From the IMG/VR virus record IMGVR_UViG_3300044484_000087, positions 1 through 63,199 of that record: 63,199 bases of DNA, one strand, 5' to 3'. Source of the DNA: a virus (lineage: Duplodnaviria > Caudoviricetes). Both the position numbers and the translations under genes were made by a program. Positions 1 through 8,131 of this stretch are shown here, piece after piece. Within the stretch, counting starts at the first letter, position 1, and the number at the start of each line of letters is the position of its first letter. The notes under the pieces are model-generated. The model was not told the DNA's origin and searched no databases. It was given only the letters and a program-made list of their open reading frames with translations.

Positions 1-54
1 CACGATAAAATGGCGGGTGGCGATAATCCACGATATCCATTAGAGAATCGTATT

Positions 55-942
55 TCAAGCCAACTTCTCCAGGATTTGTGCCCAGTTGTAGACGCGCGTG
101 ATGTTCTGGTGTTCCAAACCTTGGTTCCGTGACGTATCAAGCAGCAGAACCGGGATGCCCGCGTCTGCCAACCCGATAGCGTTGCGAGGCATGTCCTCGA
201 TGAACGCCTTGGGCCAAGCGGGCTTCAAATGCTCGAACACAGCCTCGACCTTGTCCTTGTTGAACAAGATGTGGTCGTGCGGCACGTTGTAACGCTTGAG
301 CCATTCGAGCGTATCCGCGTACAACCTCTTGTACTGCCATTGCGGCCGCGCCGTGATGATGACCAACGTGTGGCCGCGCTCCTTGAGCTCTCTCATCCCT
401 TCGGGCGCCCCTGCGACCGGGGGCATCTCCAGGAAGCGCCCTGAGTTGTAGAACTCATCCTTGTGGCTCTCAAGCAACGCCCAATGGTTGGATGCCTCGC
501 CACCCCTGAGCTCACGTAGCTGACGCATCCAACCGTCCAGGTCGGATATCACGTCATCCATATCGACGCAGACGAGCTTGGTGTCACGGCGCATCGCCAG
601 ACGTTCCCCGCGGGCCCGCGATGCCACCACATCCGTCTTGCGAAGGAAAGCCTCAACCACAGACTCCGGAGGCAACCCGTGTAGTTGCGCCAAAGCCAGA
701 GTCACTTTGAGGATGTCGGCCACTTCCTCGGCCACATTGGAATCGTGCGGGTGCTGATCGGCAAGCAAGTGCCGCTTGTATGTGGAAGTCAGCCTACCAA
801 GCTCCGTGGCTTCCTCGTGAAGCTGCAGAACCAGGTCCGCGGTAAGCCTGCGCTTTTCCACAGACGTCATGTGCTTAGGGTCCAGCCCCAAGTCAGCTTG
901 CTGCTCGATTTGAACCTTCCAAAGTTCCGAAAAGTCAGTCAT
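55..942 (-). CDS. MazG-like NTP pyrophosphohydrolase fused to HAD-family 5'(3')-deoxyribonucleotidase (NT5C-like)
   Basis: N-terminal EEATE...EEVADIL (MazG ExxE...ExxD). C-terminal VDMDDV, ITARP, K and FIEDMPRN HAD motifs. Start moved to ATG 942, which overlaps the upstream stop (ATGA). Confidence 0.8.
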   Translation of the reverse strand: MTDFSELWKVQIEQQADLGLDPKHMTSVEKRRLTADLVLQLHEEATELGRLTSTYKRHLLADQHPHDSNVAEEVADILKVTLALAQLHGLPPESVVEAFLRKTDVVASRARGERLAMRRDTKLVCVDMDDVISDLDGWMRQLRELRGGEASNHWALLESHKDEFYNSGRFLEMPPVAGAPEGMRELKERGHTLVIITARPQWQYKRLYADTLEWLKRYNVPHDHILFNKDKVEAVFEHLKPAWPKAFIEDMPRNAIGLADAGIPVLLLDTSRNQGLEHQNITRVYNWAQILEKLA

Positions 943-1910
943 ACCAGAGACCAGCCCCAGCCCTCGGCACAAGCACGAGCATCATCGAGCACCACATCCA
1001 ACGTAGACCTTGGGTCCCATTTGGCAAAACGTCCAAGCGCCACGACATTGTCGGGGTACTCCGGGCGCTCCGTGAGCGGCAACAAATGCCCGTTCAAGCC
1101 GTTGATACAATGAAGCGGCTCGTAACCGTCTTTGAAGATGAAGTTCAAGTCAGAGCCTGAAGCAATCGGGTCGTACACGCCGTTCATCTCGCACGTGTAA
1201 ACACCCTCGCCATTGTGTGAAACCCTATGGATTGCGTCGGCCGGCGTGTAGGGCGTGTAAACGTAGTCCCATTTTGCGAATGGGTCGCCGCGCGGCTTGA
1301 GACGAATGAGATTCAGACTCATGGCGTGGGCTTCCGGCAACGGAAAATACGACACTTGCCGGATCACCCAAAGCGGGATGGTCAGCACCAAGTAATCGTA
1401 ATCGTGGCTGTTGCCGTTCATGGTAATCACACGTTCGGGCTCAATACGCGCCAAACGCCCTCTGACCACCTTGGCTTGCCCGGCCAACCCTTGTATGAAC
1501 GCCCCGAAATCACAACGAATGGCTCTTTTGGCCGCCACATTCTCCGGGTCGTTCATCGACCTTTCAGCAAACGCCGTTGGCTCCTGCCTACGAGTTTTCC
1601 GATAGTGATCAAATTGGATGCGCCGCGCTTGATCTCGCGGCATTTCTTCCAACGCTTTGGGGTATGGTTGGACATCGCCCTTGAGCAAGATTCCGCCGCG
1701 GATGCTGTAGTTGGAGAAAACCAACTTCAAGTCGCCCATCAAGGCGACCATCTCATCCGTCCGATGGATGTACTTCAACCCGCCCTTCAGGAAGTCCCCG
1801 CCCAACTCCCCAGGTTCCATCACCACAACATCAACGCCGCTGTATTGCTTGAACACATAGTTGGTGACCAAGCCAGATACTCCGCCGCCTATGATCACAA
1901 CTCGCTTCAA
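939..1910 (-). CDS. FAD-dependent oxidoreductase, UDP-galactopyranose mutase/amine-oxidase-like fold
   Basis: Rossmann motif VVIIGGGVSG...VVMEPGELGG, also YDYLVLTIP and C-terminal LGRFAKW. Probable TTG start at 1910 behind AGAGGGG. Confidence 0.7.
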   Translation of the reverse strand: MKRVVIIGGGVSGLVTNYVFKQYSGVDVVVMEPGELGGDFLKGGLKYIHRTDEMVALMGDLKLVFSNYSIRGGILLKGDVQPYPKALEEMPRDQARRIQFDHYRKTRRQEPTAFAERSMNDPENVAAKRAIRCDFGAFIQGLAGQAKVVRGRLARIEPERVITMNGNSHDYDYLVLTIPLWVIRQVSYFPLPEAHAMSLNLIRLKPRGDPFAKWDYVYTPYTPADAIHRVSHNGEGVYTCEMNGVYDPIASGSDLNFIFKDGYEPLHCINGLNGHLLPLTERPEYPDNVVALGRFAKWDPRSTLDVVLDDARACAEGWGWSLV

Positions 1911-1929
1911 CCAAAACCCCTCTGGAACG

Positions 1930-1982
1930 GAAGCCGGGGCGACCAAACCCAGGAGATCAAAGGGCCAGACCGCCCCGGCCTC
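1930..1982 (-). promoter_or_regulatory. Long RNA hairpin in the leader of the FAD oxidoreductase gene
   Basis: Minus strand GAGGCCGGGGCGGTCTGGCCC-TTTGATCTCCT-GGGTTTGGTCGCCCCGGCTTC. The stem of about 20 bp is completed by G-U pairs only on the minus strand. Confidence 0.6.
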
Positions 1983-1987
1983 AAGCC

Positions 1988-2839
1988 CTATGCTACTCGA
2001 TTTGCTCCCAGGTCGATGACCTTTCGATTCAAAAAATCGGCCAGCGTTTCGGCAGCAACAGCGATCAGCTCGCGGTCCAAGTTTTTGGTCTTGGAACAGA
2101 ACCTGCCTACCTCTGGCTTCAGCCCCAAGCGCTCCGCCAAATCTGACGGGAACGCATCGACCGGGACCGGGAAGTGTATCCTCAGCTCCGCCAACTTCGG
2201 ACGGGGATAGATCAGCGCCACCCCGACTTTTTTGGCCCGCACATCCCCGTACATCGCCAAGTACTTGCTTGTGTCGTACTTGTCCACAATGTACACCTCG
2301 CCTTCCGAAGTGCGCGCCCTTGATTTTTGGACCTTGATCTTCGGCTCTGTGTGCTTCACCAGGTTCTTCACAAACCAAGAAACCAACACCCACGCATCCT
2401 CAAGCTGCTCCTTGTTTTTCTCCTGGCTCAGCCTCACCATGTCCTTTTGCTGGGCTTGCTGTGCGGGCGTAGGCGGGCGAGCCTTACGCAGCTGCTTGGT
2501 GCGCCTTGGCGGGGCCGGGGGCTCGACTTCCACGGGCATCTTATGGGTCGGGCGACCGTCCCGCACTCCGTATCTTTGGACCTGAAGAGCCAACAATGTT
2601 TTGAAGCCCTCGCCGTCCTTGCGAGCAAACGCATACTCCCTGCGGCGCTGGTCCGAATCAACGACCTTAGCAAGCGCCACAAAGCTGTTCGGCGCTTGGC
2701 CTACCTCGTTGGCGTACAACCCCAAGCCAACGCAACGATCACGATACACACAAGCCATCCGTTCCGCGTCCTCAACAGACGTTGGGTCGCCGTTGCACGC
2801 GACATCTTGCTTGTCGTAATGCCCCACACAACGGGGCAT
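1988..2839 (-). CDS. Hypothetical protein, Cys-rich N-terminus
   Basis: Fills the gap between neighbours; likely ATG at 2839 (MPRCVGHY) just after the sigma-like gene stop. Confidence 0.6.
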   Translation of the reverse strand: MPRCVGHYDKQDVACNGDPTSVEDAERMACVYRDRCVGLGLYANEVGQAPNSFVALAKVVDSDQRRREYAFARKDGEGFKTLLALQVQRYGVRDGRPTHKMPVEVEPPAPPRRTKQLRKARPPTPAQQAQQKDMVRLSQEKNKEQLEDAWVLVSWFVKNLVKHTEPKIKVQKSRARTSEGEVYIVDKYDTSKYLAMYGDVRAKKVGVALIYPRPKLAELRIHFPVPVDAFPSDLAERLGLKPEVGRFCSKTKNLDRELIAVAAETLADFLNRKVIDLGANRVA

Positions 2840-2853
2840 CTTGATTGAGCCTC

Positions 2854-3858
2854 TCACCCCTTCAACCCCCTCACCAACTTGGCGTACCAAGGCACCAAGT
2901 CCGCAATCGACTTGTGAGTGCCGTCCATTTTGCCAAACACCCCGCCTGACGCAAGATTCACCCGGCCCTCGATTACCAAGGTCCGGCAATCAACGCCGTT
3001 CTTGAGGAATAGGACCACGCCCCAGTGATATGTCTCGCAGTCCAAGCCCCAAGCCCCTCGAACACGCACATCACGACCCGCAACCGGCCTAGGATCCAGG
3101 CCCCGCTTCTTGATCACAGAAGCCGCAAACTCAGAATCCGGGGAAGCGCCCGCTGTGTGGTGGATCATCGGCCAAGTACCGTCTGCGATGTGATGCTCGA
3201 TGAGGTCTGGAAACTCTTGTTCCGCCAGCTTGGTGAACTTGTCACGGATATGGTGCGCGGCGTAGTCTACCGCATTCTTGTCCAGACCGATGTATTTGGC
3301 TATGATTGGGTGCGTCGGCTCATCCGCCCCGATGTTGCGCATGTAAGTCATGAAGGCGTCATCCGGGCGACACTTACACTCAAACACCAGACGCTCCCTA
3401 TCGCTCAACTTGGAGAGCAACCGCATGAGCAACTTGCGGCGCCTCACGTGCGCCTCTTCAGTCAGCATCCGCGCTTCCGGGTCTTGGTCATTGGAAGCCG
3501 GTTGTGGGATTAGCGGGGCGCCGTCCGATGTTTGATCATCCAACGATGACAAACGCCACTTCACCACACGATGCTTCCCGTCCACCTCGCACACGGTGTG
3601 TGGCGTCCTAGTCTCGGTGGTGTAACGATACACGAGACTCAACGTGTTGTTGCGCAGGACACGGTCCGCAAACTTGTGGAGCCCGCCCCGGGCGCGATTG
3701 TAATCATAGCCGGACATAGCGCGGGCCAAGGCCACGCGGTGCTCTTGGATTGCGTCGTCCACTTGCATGCCAATCGCCCGGGACAGCTTGTGGGCGTGCG
3801 CCATAAGCACAGGCTTGAGCACGCGCTCCACGTCCACATACATGTCGTTCGGGATCAC
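2854..3858 (-). CDS. RNA polymerase sigma-70-like factor with C-terminal extension
   Basis: Region 2-like DDAIQE...YDYNRA...KFADRVLRN. Region 4-like LSKLSDRERLVF...IAKYIGLDKNAV...IRDK. GTGA-coupled to the vWA gene. Confidence 0.7.
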   Translation of the reverse strand: MIPNDMYVDVERVLKPVLMAHAHKLSRAIGMQVDDAIQEHRVALARAMSGYDYNRARGGLHKFADRVLRNNTLSLVYRYTTETRTPHTVCEVDGKHRVVKWRLSSLDDQTSDGAPLIPQPASNDQDPEARMLTEEAHVRRRKLLMRLLSKLSDRERLVFECKCRPDDAFMTYMRNIGADEPTHPIIAKYIGLDKNAVDYAAHHIRDKFTKLAEQEFPDLIEHHIADGTWPMIHHTAGASPDSEFAASVIKKRGLDPRPVAGRDVRVRGAWGLDCETYHWGVVLFLKNGVDCRTLVIEGRVNLASGGVFGKMDGTHKSIADLVPWYAKLVRGLKG

Positions 3859-5591
3859 GACGCCCTCCTGGCGCGAACGGGAAGGATGCGCTTGGACATC
3901 TCGCCATAGATGACTTGCGCCAACTTGTCGAGCCTATCCACCACCAAGTGGGCAGCACCCGTCCCCTCGTTGTAATACTTCTTCACAGAGCGAGTGCCGC
4001 ACCCAACGCCTAACACTTCAATCCCAGACCTAGTCAGCGTAGACACAGCCTCTTTCAAGTGGTTCTCCAAGACGTCGCAGGGAATCACGCCGCACGCCGG
4101 TTCGCCATCCGACAAAACAAACATGATTTTTCTGGCTTCCTTACGAGCGGCCAACCGCTTGCCTACTTCAAGCACAGCCTCTCCATCGGCATTGTCGTCC
4201 ATAGCCGTTATGAAACAGAAACGATGGCGACACACCCTCAACTTCTCGTTGAAACCCTTGAACACTAGATAGTCGAAAGCATAACGATCCACATATTCCG
4301 CCCGGCGGGATGTGGCCAGGCGCGCATAGTTGTTATGCCACCCGATGATCTCGAATGCAACTCCCAAACGATCCAATGTTTCCGCCAACGCGATGGTTGT
4401 TGCGTGCGAAAAATAAGAGCACGTTCCAGGCACCTCACGGCCGCCGGTAGAGCCGGACAAGTCGATCAAGATGGACACGGCCAAGTCCAGATTCAACCCT
4501 TCGGTCTTGTGCGAGAACACCCTTGAATCGCCCGAACGCAACCGATGCAAGGCGGATTCGTCCAAATCTCCAACCTCTTTGTCTCCCGCCACCTTGCTAT
4601 GGGAAGCGATGCGAATCACGCCAAGCAACTTGGAGCGAAGCGTGGCGATTTGATCTTGAACCAATGCCAGCGTTTCTCCGTAGGACTTCGATGCCACGTC
4701 CCTATTGGCAATCTTGTATTCCTTCGGCGCAGATTCCTCGCCCGGGGAAATCCACCTGTCTTCGCGCTTGGACGCCGGATCAGGGACGTACCGTTCAGAT
4801 TTGCGCGCCTCGCAGCCAGCTGCTGTGGTTACATACGTGGCCGACTTCGCCCTCAAATCCACTTCAAATGCGCTGCCTGTAGACAACGTAACGCCCTTGC
4901 CTGTCCGCGGAACAACCAAGCCCCCGCAATCCGGAGCTGCGTGGACCGCTTTGTCCGCAGCAGCTGCCAAACGATCCATCACGGCATGCGCCAACTTCAA
5001 AGCAGACTCAGCCTCCACATTGCGACCATCCGCGAACCAATCAGACGCCTGCTGGACTTCATTGCCGATGAGCTCCAACCAAGGCCCGTATTCCGGCGGC
5101 ACCGCAAACTCGCCCGGGGCCAAGCGCGTCTTGGCTATCACCAGACATCCAAGCGCATGGTGAAAGTTTCCTCCGAATCCAGTTTTGGCGTGCTCTTTGG
5201 CCGCCCAAACATTGCCATACGCCATGTTTTCGGCCATACCAGGATACTTGCGGCTGTACTTTTTCTCGATGCGGATGTCCTCGAACACGTTGAACCACAT
5301 CTTCAACGTAGGTTCCGCCGCGCGCATCATCGTAAGCGGGCTCACGCGCCCAAGGCGACTCGCTTCCATTTCTTCGGCAACGTGGCACACCTCGTGGTCC
5401 AGATTGGAGTGCGCCAGCTTCCATTGCTCTGGATCCAAGTAATCTGAGTTCACGGGAAGCTTGATCACGTTCCCGTCCGTACAGCACTCGAATCCCGTGA
5501 ACTCAATCTGCACACCCCAGTTCTGGGACATGGCGGCCGCAATCCGTTCAAGCGGCCCTTGGATCTTTTCAGCTTTGAGTTTGGTAGCCAT
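3855..5591 (-). CDS. CobT-like vWA domain protein with N-terminal HExxH zincin-like region
   Basis: MIDAS LIDLSGS, DNADGEA, VLSDGEP. N-terminal HEVCH and NVFEDIRIE. Adjacent to the AAA+ ATPase gene. Confidence 0.85.
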   Translation of the reverse strand: MATKLKAEKIQGPLERIAAAMSQNWGVQIEFTGFECCTDGNVIKLPVNSDYLDPEQWKLAHSNLDHEVCHVAEEMEASRLGRVSPLTMMRAAEPTLKMWFNVFEDIRIEKKYSRKYPGMAENMAYGNVWAAKEHAKTGFGGNFHHALGCLVIAKTRLAPGEFAVPPEYGPWLELIGNEVQQASDWFADGRNVEAESALKLAHAVMDRLAAAADKAVHAAPDCGGLVVPRTGKGVTLSTGSAFEVDLRAKSATYVTTAAGCEARKSERYVPDPASKREDRWISPGEESAPKEYKIANRDVASKSYGETLALVQDQIATLRSKLLGVIRIASHSKVAGDKEVGDLDESALHRLRSGDSRVFSHKTEGLNLDLAVSILIDLSGSTGGREVPGTCSYFSHATTIALAETLDRLGVAFEIIGWHNNYARLATSRRAEYVDRYAFDYLVFKGFNEKLRVCRHRFCFITAMDDNADGEAVLEVGKRLAARKEARKIMFVLSDGEPACGVIPCDVLENHLKEAVSTLTRSGIEVLGVGCGTRSVKKYYNEGTGAAHLVVDRLDKLAQVIYGEMSKRILPVRARRAS

Positions 5592-5644
5592 AGCCGTTTG
5601 TATATACGTAAGCTAACCTGTAATGTTCTCCAAGTAAATAGCCT

Positions 5645-6820
5645 TCAGACTTCGCCGCCAAAATACCTCTGGATGATCCCGTCAACGAAACGAGCATCGG
5701 CAGGCGGTATCTTGTTGAGCACCGTCATACGAGCCGCCCGGCGTGGGTCGTCCAAGCGCACGCTCTTGTGTGCCCAATCAATCAACCGTCGCGGACTCAA
5801 ACCAACGAAACATTGGTTGTTTGCTTGTGATTCACGAACCTTGGCCGCAACTTGGACCATCTTCTGTGCGACCGGAAGGGCCACGCCCGTCCTTGAAACC
5901 AAGATGCCCGCCTCAGATGAAGCGTCCGGATAGTTCATCCGAATCACAACCCCGAAACGATCCAACAGCGCATCGTTCATCACGTTGGTTCCGGCATACA
6001 AGCCCGAATCATCACCGTAGCCGAGCGTGTTGGCAGTGGCGATCACACGAAAGTGCTCGTGGAACTGGACCGGGCGCCCGCGGTCGCCCGTCAGCGAAAG
6101 ATGCCGACGCTTTTCCAACGCCCCGTGAAGCACAAACCCGATGTGGCTGGGCATGGCATCGACCTCATCCATCAGCAACCAATGGCCGGCTTCCGCGGCT
6201 TGTGGCAGCACACCATCCTTCCAGACCGTGATTGCTTGGCCGCTAGAAGCGTCCACAGAGACTTCCTTGCATCCCACGAAATCGGCTCGCCTCATGTCGC
6301 CGTCCACGCCTACGCGCCGAACCGGCTGGTTCAAGATGGCGGCCAACTCGTTGACCAACGTGGTCTTGCCTACGCCGGGCGGGCCGACGATGAGGATGTT
6401 GTCTCCATCTTCGATGCCCAACGCCAACTCTTCAAGCCGCTCTTGCTCGTGCTTGCCCAAAATCCATCCGCTGTCGTGCTTCGGCACATACTCCGCATCC
6501 GTCGCCTCCAAATCAGCGCGAACCCGCAAGCGCGCGACCCCAAACTTGCACAAGGAATCGTCCACGGCCGTTTCCGCCGGGGCCGCAGGCGGGGCGCTGG
6601 CGCCCGGTTGGTCTGTTCGGCGCCCACGTGCTGCCGAAGCCTTTTCACGGGCCGCTTCCGAGATGGTCGGCGCCCCGGGGTACTTGGCTTGGTAGGAGCG
6701 CACCGTGAGCGTGTGTGCGGCGCTGAGATGCACGTCCAGTCGGTGGTACCACAGGTTACACACCCGACACTGCACCTTCTCACGACCCGAATCATCAAAT
6801 CGGCTTGTGGCTGACCCCAT
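5645..6820 (-). CDS. CobS/MoxR-like AAA+ ATPase with N-terminal C2H2 zinc finger
   Basis: Walker A GPPGVGKT, Walker B LLMDEVD, sensor ATAN, arginine finger ALLDRF, SPRRL. N-terminal CxxC...HxxxxH. RBS AGGAGA. Confidence 0.9.
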   Translation of the reverse strand: MGSATSRFDDSGREKVQCRVCNLWYHRLDVHLSAAHTLTVRSYQAKYPGAPTISEAAREKASAARGRRTDQPGASAPPAAPAETAVDDSLCKFGVARLRVRADLEATDAEYVPKHDSGWILGKHEQERLEELALGIEDGDNILIVGPPGVGKTTLVNELAAILNQPVRRVGVDGDMRRADFVGCKEVSVDASSGQAITVWKDGVLPQAAEAGHWLLMDEVDAMPSHIGFVLHGALEKRRHLSLTGDRGRPVQFHEHFRVIATANTLGYGDDSGLYAGTNVMNDALLDRFGVVIRMNYPDASSEAGILVSRTGVALPVAQKMVQVAAKVRESQANNQCFVGLSPRRLIDWAHKSVRLDDPRRAARMTVLNKIPPADARFVDGIIQRYFGGEV

Positions 6821-6832
6821 TTTGATCTCCTG

Positions 6833-7126
6833 ATCGGCCTAAAGACAAGCCTAATGTAGAGCACAAAACAAGTCTAGTGTAAAAGGTATTATTTTTTCAC
6901 TTTTTTATAAGTATTGGAAACTATTGTCCAACTTCAATGTTACAATTTAGCCTGACGACGTTTGGCTAGGGCTGATCCGCTGGATAACAATGGGGGTCGG
7001 CCTGGCTGTGGATGAGAGCGTCAGAACGCCATAGTTTCCACCCCAACAATTTATCCCAATATATCAAAGACTTATCCAAGTTTTTATTTACCACATTTCT
7101 ATGGTCGGCTAAATGAACACCAAGTT
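6833..7126. promoter_or_regulatory. AT-rich intergenic region: promoter(s) and/or candidate replication origin
   Basis: About 300 bp non-coding and markedly AT-rich, with T-tracts and several degenerate TTATCC-containing 9-mers. Confidence 0.55.
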
Positions 7127-8131
7127 TTAGTGTTCGTCTTTCAGACTCTCAAGCTTGCCCTTCAAACGCAAAGCACGGTCGCCTGTATACCTAACAGCGT
7201 TCTCCACGGCGGATTCTGCTTGCGTCCGGTTGGAATCCCCGGGGTCTACTCCGTCAGGAAGCCGCGCTATGTACACACGCTCGAAATGGACTGTGAGCTG
7301 CTGAGCAACTTCCAATGGCGCGGTCTTTTCTTCAGGATCAAGCGCTACCGTTACCGCCTGTGTTGGCGCAAGCTTGAAAAGCATCCCAAGCTGATCCGAG
7401 TGCAGGTGCTTGCCTCCCACGGCCAACGCAGGGATGCCGTGCTGGTACCAACGAATGGCATCCAACGGGCCTTCCACAAGGCATATGTCGCCCGTCAAGT
7501 TGGCCAGGTTCCAACCTATGAGCAGACGACCGTGATCCGCTCCGGGCGGATTCAAATACTTGGGCAGCTGCTCCCCTGTCATGTCCCTAGCTGTGAAAGA
7601 CTGCCCGCCAGGACAGACTATGGGGATGATGAGCCTGCCGGCGTATTGGCCGACGCGGCAGAATCCCAGCCCCCAAGCGCGGGCCGTGTCCGACTTGATC
7701 CGACGCTCTTTCAAATATGCCGGGAGCCGCCAAGCCTTGCCATCCCAACACGGCCGAAACTCTCGTGGCAGGGTCGCTTCCACAGGCTCCAGCTCGCCCA
7801 ACTCAACCTCGCCCTCCGCCCGAAGCCCCCGCAACCTGTCCCCAAGCGTGAACACATCGGCGCGGCGGCGCAGCTTGACGCTGCTACGAAATATGAGAGA
7901 CAGCGCCTCAGCATGGCTGATGCCTTCTACTTCGGCAACGAGCCAAGATACATTCTTTCCACGGAAATCACACTTGAAACAGACAAAGCCGCCAGTTTCT
8001 GCGTTCACATAGAATCCGCCCCAACGCCCGCAGCGAGGGCAATTGGCGGTGATTTCCACACCTGCGGAGTCACGAACCTTATCCAAGCGCGATTCAACAT
8101 ACCCCCGTATGTCAAACGTCGTCGTGCTCAC
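7127..8131 (-). CDS. dnaG: DnaG-type DNA primase (Zn ribbon + TOPRIM)
   Basis: CPRC...CFKC, GRLIIPI, ARD, KYLNP, VEGPLDA and a LDPE/DPGD acidic TOPRIM region. Confidence 0.9.
   Translation of the reverse strand: MSTTTFDIRGYVESRLDKVRDSAGVEITANCPRCGRWGGFYVNAETGGFVCFKCDFRGKNVSWLVAEVEGISHAEALSLIFRSSVKLRRRADVFTLGDRLRGLRAEGEVELGELEPVEATLPREFRPCWDGKAWRLPAYLKERRIKSDTARAWGLGFCRVGQYAGRLIIPIVCPGGQSFTARDMTGEQLPKYLNPPGADHGRLLIGWNLANLTGDICLVEGPLDAIRWYQHGIPALAVGGKHLHSDQLGMLFKLAPTQAVTVALDPEEKTAPLEVAQQLTVHFERVYIARLPDGVDPGDSNRTQAESAVENAVRYTGDRALRLKGKLESLKDEH

Noticed and set aside
1911-2393. N-terminal extension of the FAD oxidoreductase in the ORF track, and similar extensions at 2989, 10343, 17632, 20770, 40752, 41288, 59491 and 60154
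   Set aside because: They overlap upstream genes. Downstream starts with an RBS or stop-start coupling fit better.
3855-6820. True cobaltochelatase CobST for B12 synthesis
   Set aside because: No cobN or other cob genes in the window; phage homologues of this pair are generic AAA+/vWA modules.
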